From the NCBI GenBank assembly GCA_047602405.1, contig JASGHJ010000001.1, positions 1,664,001 to 1,728,000 of the forward strand: a stretch of 64,000 nt of DNA. Reading direction: 5' to 3'. Positions 22,039 to 31,032 of this stretch are shown piece by piece. Position numbers and translations under genes: made by a program. Positions within the stretch are counted from its first letter, which is position 1. Each line of letters begins with the position of its first letter. The DNA is from Anaeromyxobacteraceae bacterium. GTDB taxonomy: Bacteria; Myxococcota; Myxococcia; Myxococcales; Anaeromyxobacteraceae. The notes beneath the pieces were generated by a model. The model was not told the origin of the DNA. It saw only the letters and a program-made list of their open reading frames with translations, and searched no databases.

Positions 22039-22814
22039 GCCGTCATCTCCCGGATCATCGCCCCGGGATCCGCCGCGCGCACGAGCGCCTCGCCCACGAG
22101 CAGGTTCGCCGCCCCCGCCCGCCGGAGCCGCCGCGCGTCCTCCGCGGTCCGCACCCCGCTCTCCGCGACGCCTCGCACCGAGGCCGGCAGCCCGGGCAGG
22201 ATCCGCTCGGACGCCGCGAGGTCCACCTGGAACGTGCGCAGGTCGCGGTTGTTCACGCCCACGATCCGCGCCCCCGCCGCGAGCGCGACCTCGACCTCGG
22301 CGGCGTCGTGCACCTCGACCAGCGCGGCGAGGCCGAGGGCCTCGCAGTCGTCGTGGAGCCGCCGGAGCACGTCCGGCGCGAGCGCCGCCACGATGAGGAG
22401 CGCGGCGTCCGCGCCGTGCGCGCGGGCCTCGAGGAGCTGGTAGCGGTCGACCGTGAAGTCCTTGCGGAGCAGCGGCACGCCCACCGCCGCGCGCACCGCG
22501 GCGAGGTCGGCGAGCGAGCCGCCGAAGCCCGGGCCGTCGGTGAGGACCGAGACGCAGGCCGCGCCCGCCGCGGCGTAGCGCCGGGCCTGGTCCACCGCGT
22601 CGAGCCCGCTCGCGATGGCGCCGGCCGACGGGCTCGCGCGCTTCACCTCGGCGATCACCCGCACCGGGCCGCCGGGCAGGGACAGCGCCGCCTCGAACGG
22701 CCGGGGCGGGGCGGCGTCGCGGGCGCGCGCCTCGAGCTCGCGGTCGGGCTCGGTGGCGCGGCGCGCGGCGACCTCGTCGCGCTTGCGGGCCAGGATGTCG
22801 GCGAGGAACTTCAT
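22035..22814 (-). CDS. trpC: Indole-3-glycerol phosphate synthase
   Basis: [22 protein letters not shown] and AESG motifs. Confidence 0.96.
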   Translation of the reverse strand: MKFLADILARKRDEVAARRATEPDRELEARARDAAPPRPFEAALSLPGGPVRVIAEVKRASPSAGAIASGLDAVDQARRYAAAGAACVSVLTDGPGFGGSLADLAAVRAAVGVPLLRKDFTVDRYQLLEARAHGADAALLIVAALAPDVLRRLHDDCEALGLAALVEVHDAAEVEVALAAGARIVGVNNRDLRTFQVDLAASERILPGLPASVRGVAESGVRTAEDARRLRRAGAANLLVGEALVRAADPGAMIREMTA

Positions 22815-23821
22815 GGCGCCCGCGTGGCGGCGACGAGCCGGGCGAGCTTGTCGGCCGCGTGGCCGCGGTCGATCGCCTCGGCGCCGACCCGGACGCCCTC
22901 CGGGAGGTCCTTCGCGGCGCCGGCGCAGACGAGCGCCGCGGCCGCGTTCGCGAGGGCGGCGTCGCGGCAGGCGCCCTTCTGGCCGCCGAGCACCTCGCGC
23001 AGGATGGTCGCGTTCCGCTCGGCGTCGCCGCCCAGGATCTCGCGCTCCTCGTGGCGGCCGAGGCCGAGGTCCTCGGGCTGCACGGTGAAGCGCTCGACGC
23101 CCGCGCCCTTCACCTCGCAGACGTGAGTCATGCCGGTGACCGCGATCTCGTCGAGCCCCGCGCCGTGCACCACGAAGGCGTGCGCCGCGCCGAGGGCCGA
23201 CAGCACGCCGCCGATGATGGGGACCCACCGCGGCTCGTACACGCCCATGACCTGGTGGCGCGCGCCGGCCGGGTTCGCGAGCGGCCCGAGCAGGTTGAAG
23301 ACGGTGCGCACGCCGAGCTCGCGCCGGATGCCGGCGACCGCCTTGAAGGCGGGGTGCAGGCGCGGCGCGAAGAGGAAGCCGATGCCGACGACGTCGATGG
23401 CGCGCTCGACCGCCTCCTTCGGCGCGTCGACGTTGACGCCCAGCGCGGCGAGCACGTCCGCCGACCCCGAGCGCGAGGAGACCGCGCGGTTGCCGTGCTT
23501 CGCGACGGTCACGCCCGCGCCCGCCACGATGAACGCGGCGGTCGTCGAGATGTTGAAGGTGTGCCGCCCGTCGCCGCCGGTGCCGCAGGTGTCCACGAAG
23601 ACCGGCTTCGCGACGTGGACGCGATCGACGCGGGCGCGCATGACCTCCGCCGCGCCCGCGATCTCGTCCACCGACTCGCCCTTGAGCCGGAGCGCCGCGA
23701 GGTACGCGCCGACCTGCGCGGGCGTCGCGCCGCCGTCGGCGATCTCGGTCATGACCTCGGCCGACTGGGCGCGGGTGAGGGACTTCCCGTCGAGGAGCGC
23801 GGCCACCGCCTGCTGGATCAT
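22811..23821 (-). CDS. trpD: Anthranilate phosphoribosyltransferase
   Basis: DTCGTGGDG, NIST, KHGNR and NLLGPL motifs. Confidence 0.96.
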   Translation of the reverse strand: MIQQAVAALLDGKSLTRAQSAEVMTEIADGGATPAQVGAYLAALRLKGESVDEIAGAAEVMRARVDRVHVAKPVFVDTCGTGGDGRHTFNISTTAAFIVAGAGVTVAKHGNRAVSSRSGSADVLAALGVNVDAPKEAVERAIDVVGIGFLFAPRLHPAFKAVAGIRRELGVRTVFNLLGPLANPAGARHQVMGVYEPRWVPIIGGVLSALGAAHAFVVHGAGLDEIAVTGMTHVCEVKGAGVERFTVQPEDLGLGRHEEREILGGDAERNATILREVLGGQKGACRDAALANAAAALVCAGAAKDLPEGVRVGAEAIDRGHAADKLARLVAATRAP

Positions 23822-24411
23822 GGCGCCTCCACGGGCGCGAGCCGCGCGAGCCAGTTGCCGAGGAGCCGCTTGCCCTCGACGGTGAGGATGGACTCGGGGT
23901 GGAACTGCACGCCCTCGACCTCGAGGCCCGCGTGGCGGAGCCCCATGATCTCGCCCTCGTCGGTCCAGCTCGTGACCTTCAGGGCGGCGGGGAGCGTCTC
24001 GCGCTCGACCACGAGCGAGTGGTACCGGCCCGCCTCGAACGGCCGCGAGAGCCCGGCGTAGAGGCCGGTGCCGTCGTGGAGCACCGGGCTCGCCTTGCCG
24101 TGCACGATGCGGTGGTTGCGGACCACCTTCCCGCCGAAGGCCTGGCCGATGGCCTGGTGGCCGAGGCACACGCCGAGGATCGGGAGCACGCCCGAGAGCT
24201 CCCGGATCGCCGCGAGCGTGACGCCCGCCTCGTCCGGGGTGCACGGGCCCGGCGAGAGCACGAGCCCGTCGGGCCTCCGCGCCCGGATCCCCGCGACGTC
24301 AATCTGGTCGTTGCGGTGGACCTCGACGTCCGCGCCGAGCTCGCCCAGGTACTGGACGAGGTTGAAGGTGAACGAGTCGTAGTTGTCGACGAGCAGGAGG
24401 CGCGGGCTCAT
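23818..24411 (-). CDS. trpG: Anthranilate synthase component II
   Basis: DNYDSFT, SPGP, GVCLGHQ and QFHPES motifs. Confidence 0.95.
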   Translation of the reverse strand: MSPRLLLVDNYDSFTFNLVQYLGELGADVEVHRNDQIDVAGIRARRPDGLVLSPGPCTPDEAGVTLAAIRELSGVLPILGVCLGHQAIGQAFGGKVVRNHRIVHGKASPVLHDGTGLYAGLSRPFEAGRYHSLVVERETLPAALKVTSWTDEGEIMGLRHAGLEVEGVQFHPESILTVEGKRLLGNWLARLAPVEAP

Positions 24412-25932
24412 GACCGGCTCCTCTTCTTCTTCGCGGCCGGCCGCTTCATCACCCGCGCCCCGGCCGTGAGCCGCTGCTCCGCCTGCGCCACCGCCGTGAA
24501 CACCGCGCGGGCCTTGTTCATCGTCTCCTGGTACTCCGCCGCGGGCACCGAGTCGTAGACGACGCCGGCCCCGGACTGGGCCGAGACGCGGCCCTTCGAC
24601 GCCATCAGGGTGCGGATGGCGATGCACATCTCCATGTCGCCGCCGCGGTCGAAGTAGCCGACCGCCCCCGCGTACGGGCCGCGGCGGGCGGGCTCGAGCT
24701 CGTCGATGATCTCCATCGCCCGCACCTTGGGCGAGCCGCTGACGGTGCCGGCGGGGAAGCTCGCCCGCAGCACGTCGACCGCGTTCTGCCCCTCGGCGAG
24801 CCGGCCGCGCACCTCCGAGACGAGGTGCATCACGTGCGAGTACCGCTCGACCACCTTGAGCTGGGCCACCTTCACGGTGCCGGTCGCCGCGACGCGGCCC
24901 ACGTCGTTGCGGCCGAGGTCGACGAGCATGACGTGCTCGGCGTTCTCCTTCGGGTCGGCGCGCAGCTCCGCCTCGTAGCGGCCGTCCTCCTCGGGGTCCT
25001 TGCCGCGCGGGCGGGTCCCGGCGATCGGGCGCAGGGTCACCTCGCCGGCCTCGAGCTTCACGAGCGTCTCGGGCGAGGAGCCCACGAGCGCGCGGTCCCC
25101 GTCCTTCACGAAGAAGAGGTACGGCGACGGGTTCACCCGCCGGAGCGCGCGGTAGATCTCGAACGGCGCGAGGTCGGTCTCGGCGTCGAAGCGCTGCGAG
25201 AGCACGATCTGCTGGCAGTCACCGGCGGTGATGTAGGCGCGGGCGCGGGCGACCGCGGCCTCGAACACCTCGCGCGGCACCCGGGGGCGGAGCTCGGCGT
25301 GCCGCCTCGGCACCGGGCGGCGGTCGCGCAGCGGCCGGGCGAGCACCGCGAGGCGCCGGCGGAGCTTCCCGAGCGCGGCCCGGTAGAGCCGCCGCGGGTC
25401 GTCGTCCGCGCCGACCCGGACCTCGCAGATCACGTGGATGGAGTGGCGGAGGGCGTCGAACGCCACGACCTCGTCGAAGTCCATGAGGAGGACGTCGTCG
25501 AAGCCGGACTCGTCGGCCTTCGCGATGGGCACCCGCGGCTCGAACTCCTTCACCGCGTCGTACGAGACGTGGCCCACCAGGCCGCCCGAGAAGCGCGGCG
25601 TGCCCGGGACGCGGACCGCGCGGTGCGAGGCGAGCGCGGCGCGCACCACGCCGAACGGGTCGCCCGGCTGCCCGAGCCTCCAGCGCAGCACGCTGCGCGG
25701 CCCGGCGCCGAGGAAGGAGAACCGCGCGCTGCGCTCCCCGCCCTCCACCGACTCGAGCAGGAACGCGTGCTTCTCGCCGCGCGAGAGCTTGAGGAAGGCC
25801 GACACCGGGGTCTCGGTGTCGGCGTCGACCTCGACCCGCACCGGGACCGCGCGGCCGGGCCGCGCGAGCTCCAGGAACGTCTCGAGGTCGGGGACCGCCT
25901 TCAGATCAGCCGCGCCAAAGAAACACCGTCAT
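24408..25932 (-). CDS. trpE: Anthranilate synthase component I; the ATG at 25932 is out of frame by one base (candidate programmed +1 frameshift, or an error)
   Basis: [27 protein letters not shown] and PAGTVSG motifs. The TrpE-like N-terminus ([13 protein letters not shown]) extends upstream of the GTG at 25841 with no in-frame ATG/GTG/TTG. Confidence 0.93.
25906..25932 (-). promoter_or_regulatory. 8-codon zero-frame [11 protein letters not shown] with prfB-like CTT-TGG slippery site
   Basis: GGAG SD 9 nt upstream; the ATG overlaps the panD stop (ATGA); sequence ATG ACG GTG TTT CTT TGG CGC GGC TGA. Confidence 0.6.
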
Positions 25933-26340
25933 GACGTGAGGCTCCGTTCCCGCGATGCACGCTGGGGGCCGGCGACCTCGACGGCGTTCCCGTTCGCGAT
26001 GTGGTTGTGCGCGTCGACGAGCACGACCGTGGGCTTCCACTCCCGCGCCTCGGACTCTTCCATGTCCGCGAAGGTGGCGAGGATGACGAGGTCGCCCGGC
26101 TGGTTGAGGTGGGCGGCCGCGCCGTTGATGCAGATGACGCCGCTGCCCCGCTCGCCCTTGAGGGCGTACGTCTGGAGCCGGGTGCCGCGGGTGACGTTCC
26201 AGACGTGGACCGCCTCGTGCTCCCAGAATCCCTGCCGCGTCCATGAGCGCCTCGTCGATCGTCACGGAGCCCTCGTAGTCGAGGTCCGCGTGGGTCACGG
26301 TCGCGCGGTGGATCTTGGACTTGAAGAGTGTGCGCCGCAT
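25929..26340 (-). CDS. panD: Aspartate 1-decarboxylase (apparent +1 frameshift near 26225)
   Basis: [10 protein letters not shown] and YEG-SVTID cleavage site, then in the next frame TYALKG...INGAAAH. Confidence 0.92.
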
Positions 26341-26392
26341 CGGGAAGATTTCGATCTGTACAACCCAATCCGACCCTGCGCAAGGCTTCCCC

Positions 26393-28223
26393 ATGACGAA
26401 GACCCTCGCCGCCGTCGCCGCGCTGGTACTCGCGGGCTGCGCCCATCCTCGCGCCGCCGCACCGGCGTCGCCCGCGCCGGCGGAGCCGGCGATCGACGCC
26501 GCCCGCGCCCGCGCCGAGGTGACCTGGCTCGCCGACCCCGCCCGCACGGGCCGGGGGACCGGCACCCCGGGCAACCCCGCCGCCGCGGCCTGGATCGAGG
26601 AGCGCCTCCGGGAGGCCGGCCTCGCGCCCGCCTTCCCGGGCGGCTACACGCAGCCGCTCGAGGCCCCGTACCAGGCCTCGCTCCGGCCCGGCAACGCGCT
26701 CTCGGTCGGCGCGCGGGCGCTCGCGCTCGGCGAGGGGTTCGTGCCCTTCGGCTTCTCCGACGACGGCACGGTGCGCGGCGAGCTCGTCTGGGCGGGCTAC
26801 GGCATCACCGCGCCGGAGCTCGCCTACGACGACTACGCCGGCCTCGACGTGAAGGGGAAGATCGTGCTCGTCGCGCAGGACTTCCCGCGCGAGGAGGACG
26901 CCGCCTCGCCCTTCCGCGACCCGCGCAACTACCGCTACGGCGAGTGGCGCCACAAGGCCGCGAACGCGCGCGACCACGGCGCGGCGGGCGTCGTGATGGT
27001 GCGCGACGGCTGGAACCACGCGGGCGCCGACACGCTGCCGCCGTGGAAGGGGCAGGTCGCCTCCCGCGCCGGCATCGTCGCGGCGCGCGCGACGGCGCAG
27101 GCGCTCGCCGCCGCCGACGTCAACGTGGCCGCGCTCGCCGCGCCCGGGCAGGTGGACGGGAAGCCCCACTCGCGGGCGCTCGGGGTCCCCGCCTCGATCA
27201 GCGCGGCCATCGAGCACGAGCACGCGACCACCGCGAACGTCGCGGCGCTCCTCCCGGGCGCCGACCCCGCCGTCGCGGGCGAGTGCGTGGTCGTGGGCGC
27301 GCACTACGATCACCTCGGCCTCGGGGGCGAGACGTCGCTCGCCCCCGATCGGCTCGGCCAGGTCCACCCCGGCGCCGACGACAACGCGTCGGGCGTGGCC
27401 GCGATGCTCGCGGTCGCCCGGGCGCTCTTCGCCGGGCCCGCGCCGCGCCGCACCGTCCTCTTCGTCGCGTTCGCCGCCGAGGAGATCGGCCTCCTCGGCT
27501 CCGCCGAGCTCGTGCGCGCCCCGCCGCCCGCGTGCCCGGTCGAGCGGATGTCGCTCATGGTGAACCTCGACATGGTCGGGCGCCTGCGCGCGCGGCGGCT
27601 CTACGTCGACGGCGCCGACACCGGCAAGGGACTCCGCGACGTCGTGAAGGCGGCCGCGGCGGGCCCCTCCGCGCTGCCGCTCGACCTCGCCTTCGGCGGC
27701 GACGGGAACGGCCCCTCCGACCACACGAGCTTCCACGCGCGGCGGGTCCCGGTGCTCTACCTCTTCACCGGCGCGCACGGCGACTACCACCGCCCGGGCG
27801 ACACCGCCGACAAGGTCGACGAGGGCGGGATCGCCACCATCGCCCGGCTCACCGCCCGCACGGTGGCGGCGGTGGCGGCGCTGCCCGCCCGGCTCGAGGT
27901 GGTGATGAGCGCGGGCGGGCCACCCTCGCAGGCCCGCGGCGGCGAGCGTGGGTACGGCGCCTACCTCGGCACCATCCCGGACTTCGGCGAGCGGAAGGCG
28001 CCCGGCGTGCTCGTGAGCGGCGTGAAGCCGGGCAGCCCCGCCGAGAAGGCGGGGATCGCGGGCGGCGACGTCCTCCTGCGCATCGGCGCGAGGAAGATGG
28101 CGAGCCTGCACGACCTCGTGGACGCGCTGCGGGCCGGTCGCCCGGGCGACGTCGTCGAGGTCGAGCTCCAGCGCGCCGGCGAGACGAAGGTCGTGAAGGT
28201 GACGCTGGAAGAAGCGGAGGTAG
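26393..28223 (+). CDS. M28 family peptidase lipoprotein with PA and PDZ domains (apparent extra base near 28209)
   Basis: Lipobox [35 protein letters not shown] and PDZ YLGTIP...GSPAEKAG; a likely stop TAG at 28221-28223 is one base out of frame. Confidence 0.88.
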
Positions 28224-28244
28224 CGGCGGTACGTTGGCCCCGGC

Positions 28245-30854
28245 GTGACCTCTCCCCTCGCAGCGCGGCGCCTGGAGGTGTTCGCGGCCGCCAGGGCGGA
28301 CGCCGGGTTCCTGCGGCTGTCGTCCGACCGGCTGCGCTTCTCGCTCGGGACCTCGCTCGCCGACCTGAAGGTGCCGGTCGAGGTCGCGGCGGACGTGCGC
28401 GCGATCGTGCAGGGCGCCATGGTCGAGGTGGCGCTCCTCGTCTCGAGCCAGCACCGGAGCATCCTCGGCGCCGAGCTCACCGACCGGATCATCCTGCGCG
28501 AGGAGTTCGCGCGGATGCCGCAGCCGCCCGCGCAGCTGTCGGCCCCGGGCGGCAACCCCGACCTCCGCACCGCCGCGCAGACCGCGCCCGCCGTGCACCC
28601 CGCGCTGTGGGGCGGCCTCGTCGGCGCGTGGATGGGGAAGGGCGGCCGGGGGCGATCGCTCGTCGCGCTCTGGATCGAGCTCCTCCGCCGCGGCTTCGAG
28701 GAGATGCGCCGGTGGCGGCGCCACGAGGAGACGCCCTACCTCGTCGCGCTCGTGCTCGCCGCCGAGACGCTCGCCGCCGAGCGCGCGCTGCGGGACGCCC
28801 TGCCGCCGCCGCCGGTCGACCGCTGGGTGTCCTCCGCGGCGATGGCGGCCGGCTGGCTCGCGGCGCGGACCGGCCTCGCCCGGGCGTGGCGCGACGCCGG
28901 GCTCGACCACGCCGACCCGCTCCTCGCCCGCCTCGAGGCGGTGCTCTCGCCCGGCGCGCTCGCGGGCGCCCGCGCCGCCGCGGCGGCCGGCGGCCTCACC
29001 GTCTACGGCTGCGAGCTCCTCGCCGGGATCCCGGCCGGCGACGCCCACGCCGAGGCGCTCGCGGGCGGCGCCGATCCCGCCGACGTGGAGGCGCTCGTCC
29101 GGCAGGCCGTCGACGCCGACCGGGAGGTGGCGCGCGCCGCCGAGCAGGCGGTGGCCGAGGCGCGGCTGCGTGACATGCTCGGCGAGGGCATCGTGCGCGC
29201 GGAGGCCGACGGGCTCGGGCCCGCGCTCGACCCGCTCCGCCGCCGCTTCACCGCGCCCGGCGTCATCGCCGCGACCATCGAGGACGAGGCCGAGCGCGCC
29301 GCCTTCGAGGCCGAGCTCGCCGCGCTCGGCAAGCGCACGCAGGACGGACCGCTCACGCCGCTCGCGCGCACGCTCTCGCGCTGGCGCGAGACCGATCCCG
29401 CGGCCTCGGTGGGGCTCGGGCACGGCGCGGCGCGGGACCAGTACGCCCGCGCCGCGACCACCTACCTCTGCGACGTCGCGCTCGAGCGCCGGGTCGCGCA
29501 GGCGCGCCGGCACCTCGTCGTCCGGACCGGCCGCGAGGCCGAGGGCGGCGCGCAGGTGGAGTGGGAGGCCGGCCGGCTCTACCGGTTCTCGGTGAAGCCG
29601 GGGCGCATCCTGCAGGACCGGCCGGACAAGCCGGTGGCGCACCTCTTCGCCGACATGAAGGACTTCACGCGGCGGACCGAGCTCCTCGGACAGGCCGCGA
29701 TGGCGGAGTTCCTCCGCAGCGCCTTCTACGGCCCGATCCTGACCCTGGCCCGCGAGCACGCCGGGGGGATGACCCACCTCTCCGACCGCGGCGGCGTCGC
29801 GGTGAACAACCTCATGGGCGACGCGATCAGCCTCTCCGGCGAGATCGGGTCCATGGTCGGCGTCTCCCGGGGGATCCGCGCCCACCTCGCCGGCATGGCC
29901 GCCCGCCTCGCGCGCGAGATCTCGCAGGAGGCCATCGCCCGCGAGCTCACCGCCATCGAGGCGGCGCACGGGGAGGCGGCCGCGGGGGCGGGGGCGGCGC
30001 GCGCGCAGCTCGAGGAGGCGCTGGCCGCGGAGCCGCAGGGGACGCCGCGGCACGCGGCGCTCTGGCACCGCGCGGTGCGCGCGCGCGCCGAGGAGGACCG
30101 CGTGCGCGGCGAGCGCGAGCGGGCGCTGGCGCGGGCGCGGGGCGAGGAGCTCGAGGCGGGCGTGTTCCTGTCGTTCGGGGCGCCGCCGGTGGTGGTCGTC
30201 GTCGAGGACGAGATCTTCGGCGTGAACCGCGTGGCGGTGGCCGAGAAGATCAACGAGTCGGCCCGCGGCACCGCCCGCGTGCCCTCCGCGCGGGCGCGCG
30301 CCGACGCCGCGCTCGCGCGGGAGCGGGCCCGGCCCGGCGCCGCCGGCGTCGCGCACGCGTGGTCGGTGTTCGTGGGCCAGCCGCTCGCCATCCCGATCCC
30401 GCCGGACCTCGAGGAGGCTGCGCTCCGGCAGCTCAGGCTGGGCGACGGCGCGGGCGCGATGCGCACGCTCTCGCCGCCGGTGCGCGAGGCGCTCGACCGG
30501 CTCGGGCGGCAGGACGTGGAGCGCCCGGGCGACGTGTGGAACGGCGGGGCGGCGCTCTCCGAGGAGGCGCTCGAGGCGTTCCTCGCCGACGCGGGCGCGA
30601 CACGGACGGTGAAGCGGCTCGAGCTCGAGCTCGAGGCGATCCCCCAGGCGCTGCGCGACCGCTGGTTCTACGGCGAGGAGCCGCTCACGCTCGTCGCCTG
30701 CTTCGACCCGGGCTCCGGCCGGCTCTCCGAGCTGTTCCGCCGGGTCGGGCGGGCGGCGTTCAAGGGGATGGCGGGGGTCACCGTGTGGGAGCTCTGCGCC
30801 GAGGGCGGCGGGCCTGGCGCCCTCGGCGCCGCCCTGGCCCCGACCTGGCGCTAG
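28245..30854 (+). CDS. Large protein with split class III nucleotide cyclase-like domain
   Basis: HLFADMKDFT, NLMGDA, GVFLSFG and KINESARG motifs. Confidence 0.6.
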   Translation: MTSPLAARRLEVFAAARADAGFLRLSSDRLRFSLGTSLADLKVPVEVAADVRAIVQGAMVEVALLVSSQHRSILGAELTDRIILREEFARMPQPPAQLSAPGGNPDLRTAAQTAPAVHPALWGGLVGAWMGKGGRGRSLVALWIELLRRGFEEMRRWRRHEETPYLVALVLAAETLAAERALRDALPPPPVDRWVSSAAMAAGWLAARTGLARAWRDAGLDHADPLLARLEAVLSPGALAGARAAAAAGGLTVYGCELLAGIPAGDAHAEALAGGADPADVEALVRQAVDADREVARAAEQAVAEARLRDMLGEGIVRAEADGLGPALDPLRRRFTAPGVIAATIEDEAERAAFEAELAALGKRTQDGPLTPLARTLSRWRETDPAASVGLGHGAARDQYARAATTYLCDVALERRVAQARRHLVVRTGREAEGGAQVEWEAGRLYRFSVKPGRILQDRPDKPVAHLFADMKDFTRRTELLGQAAMAEFLRSAFYGPILTLAREHAGGMTHLSDRGGVAVNNLMGDAISLSGEIGSMVGVSRGIRAHLAGMAARLAREISQEAIARELTAIEAAHGEAAAGAGAARAQLEEALAAEPQGTPRHAALWHRAVRARAEEDRVRGERERALARARGEELEAGVFLSFGAPPVVVVVEDEIFGVNRVAVAEKINESARGTARVPSARARADAALARERARPGAAGVAHAWSVFVGQPLAIPIPPDLEEAALRQLRLGDGAGAMRTLSPPVREALDRLGRQDVERPGDVWNGGAALSEEALEAFLADAGATRTVKRLELELEAIPQALRDRWFYGEEPLTLVACFDPGSGRLSELFRRVGRAAFKGMAGVTVWELCAEGGGPGALGAALAPTWR

Positions 30855-30911
30855 ATCCACGGGTCCGTTGGGGAATTTGCGAGTTTCCGGGTTCTGCGCC
30901 TCGGACCGAGG

Positions 30912-30955
30912 TTGACAGCGGGTCAGTCATATAGTTTGTTCGCCGTACAAACAAA
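30912..30955 (+). promoter_or_regulatory. Promoter-like region and ROK operator site 1
   Basis: TTGACA at 30912; TTTGTT-N9-AACAAA at 30935-30955. Confidence 0.75.
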
Positions 30956-31032
30956 GCTGAAGGGGTCAGCTCGCCGCCCTTGGCGGCCCCACGGCCCCCC
31001 ACCGCGCCCGCTCCCGTCTCGGAGGATTCCCG

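Noticed and set aside
25895..25960. Classical transcription attenuator for the trp operon
   Set aside because: Only one Trp codon, and no intergenic space or terminator/antiterminator hairpins between the leader and trpE.
26315..29173. 952-aa extended M28 peptidase
   Set aside because: Read-through from a probable indel near 28209; the tail is low-complexity and overlaps the next gene.
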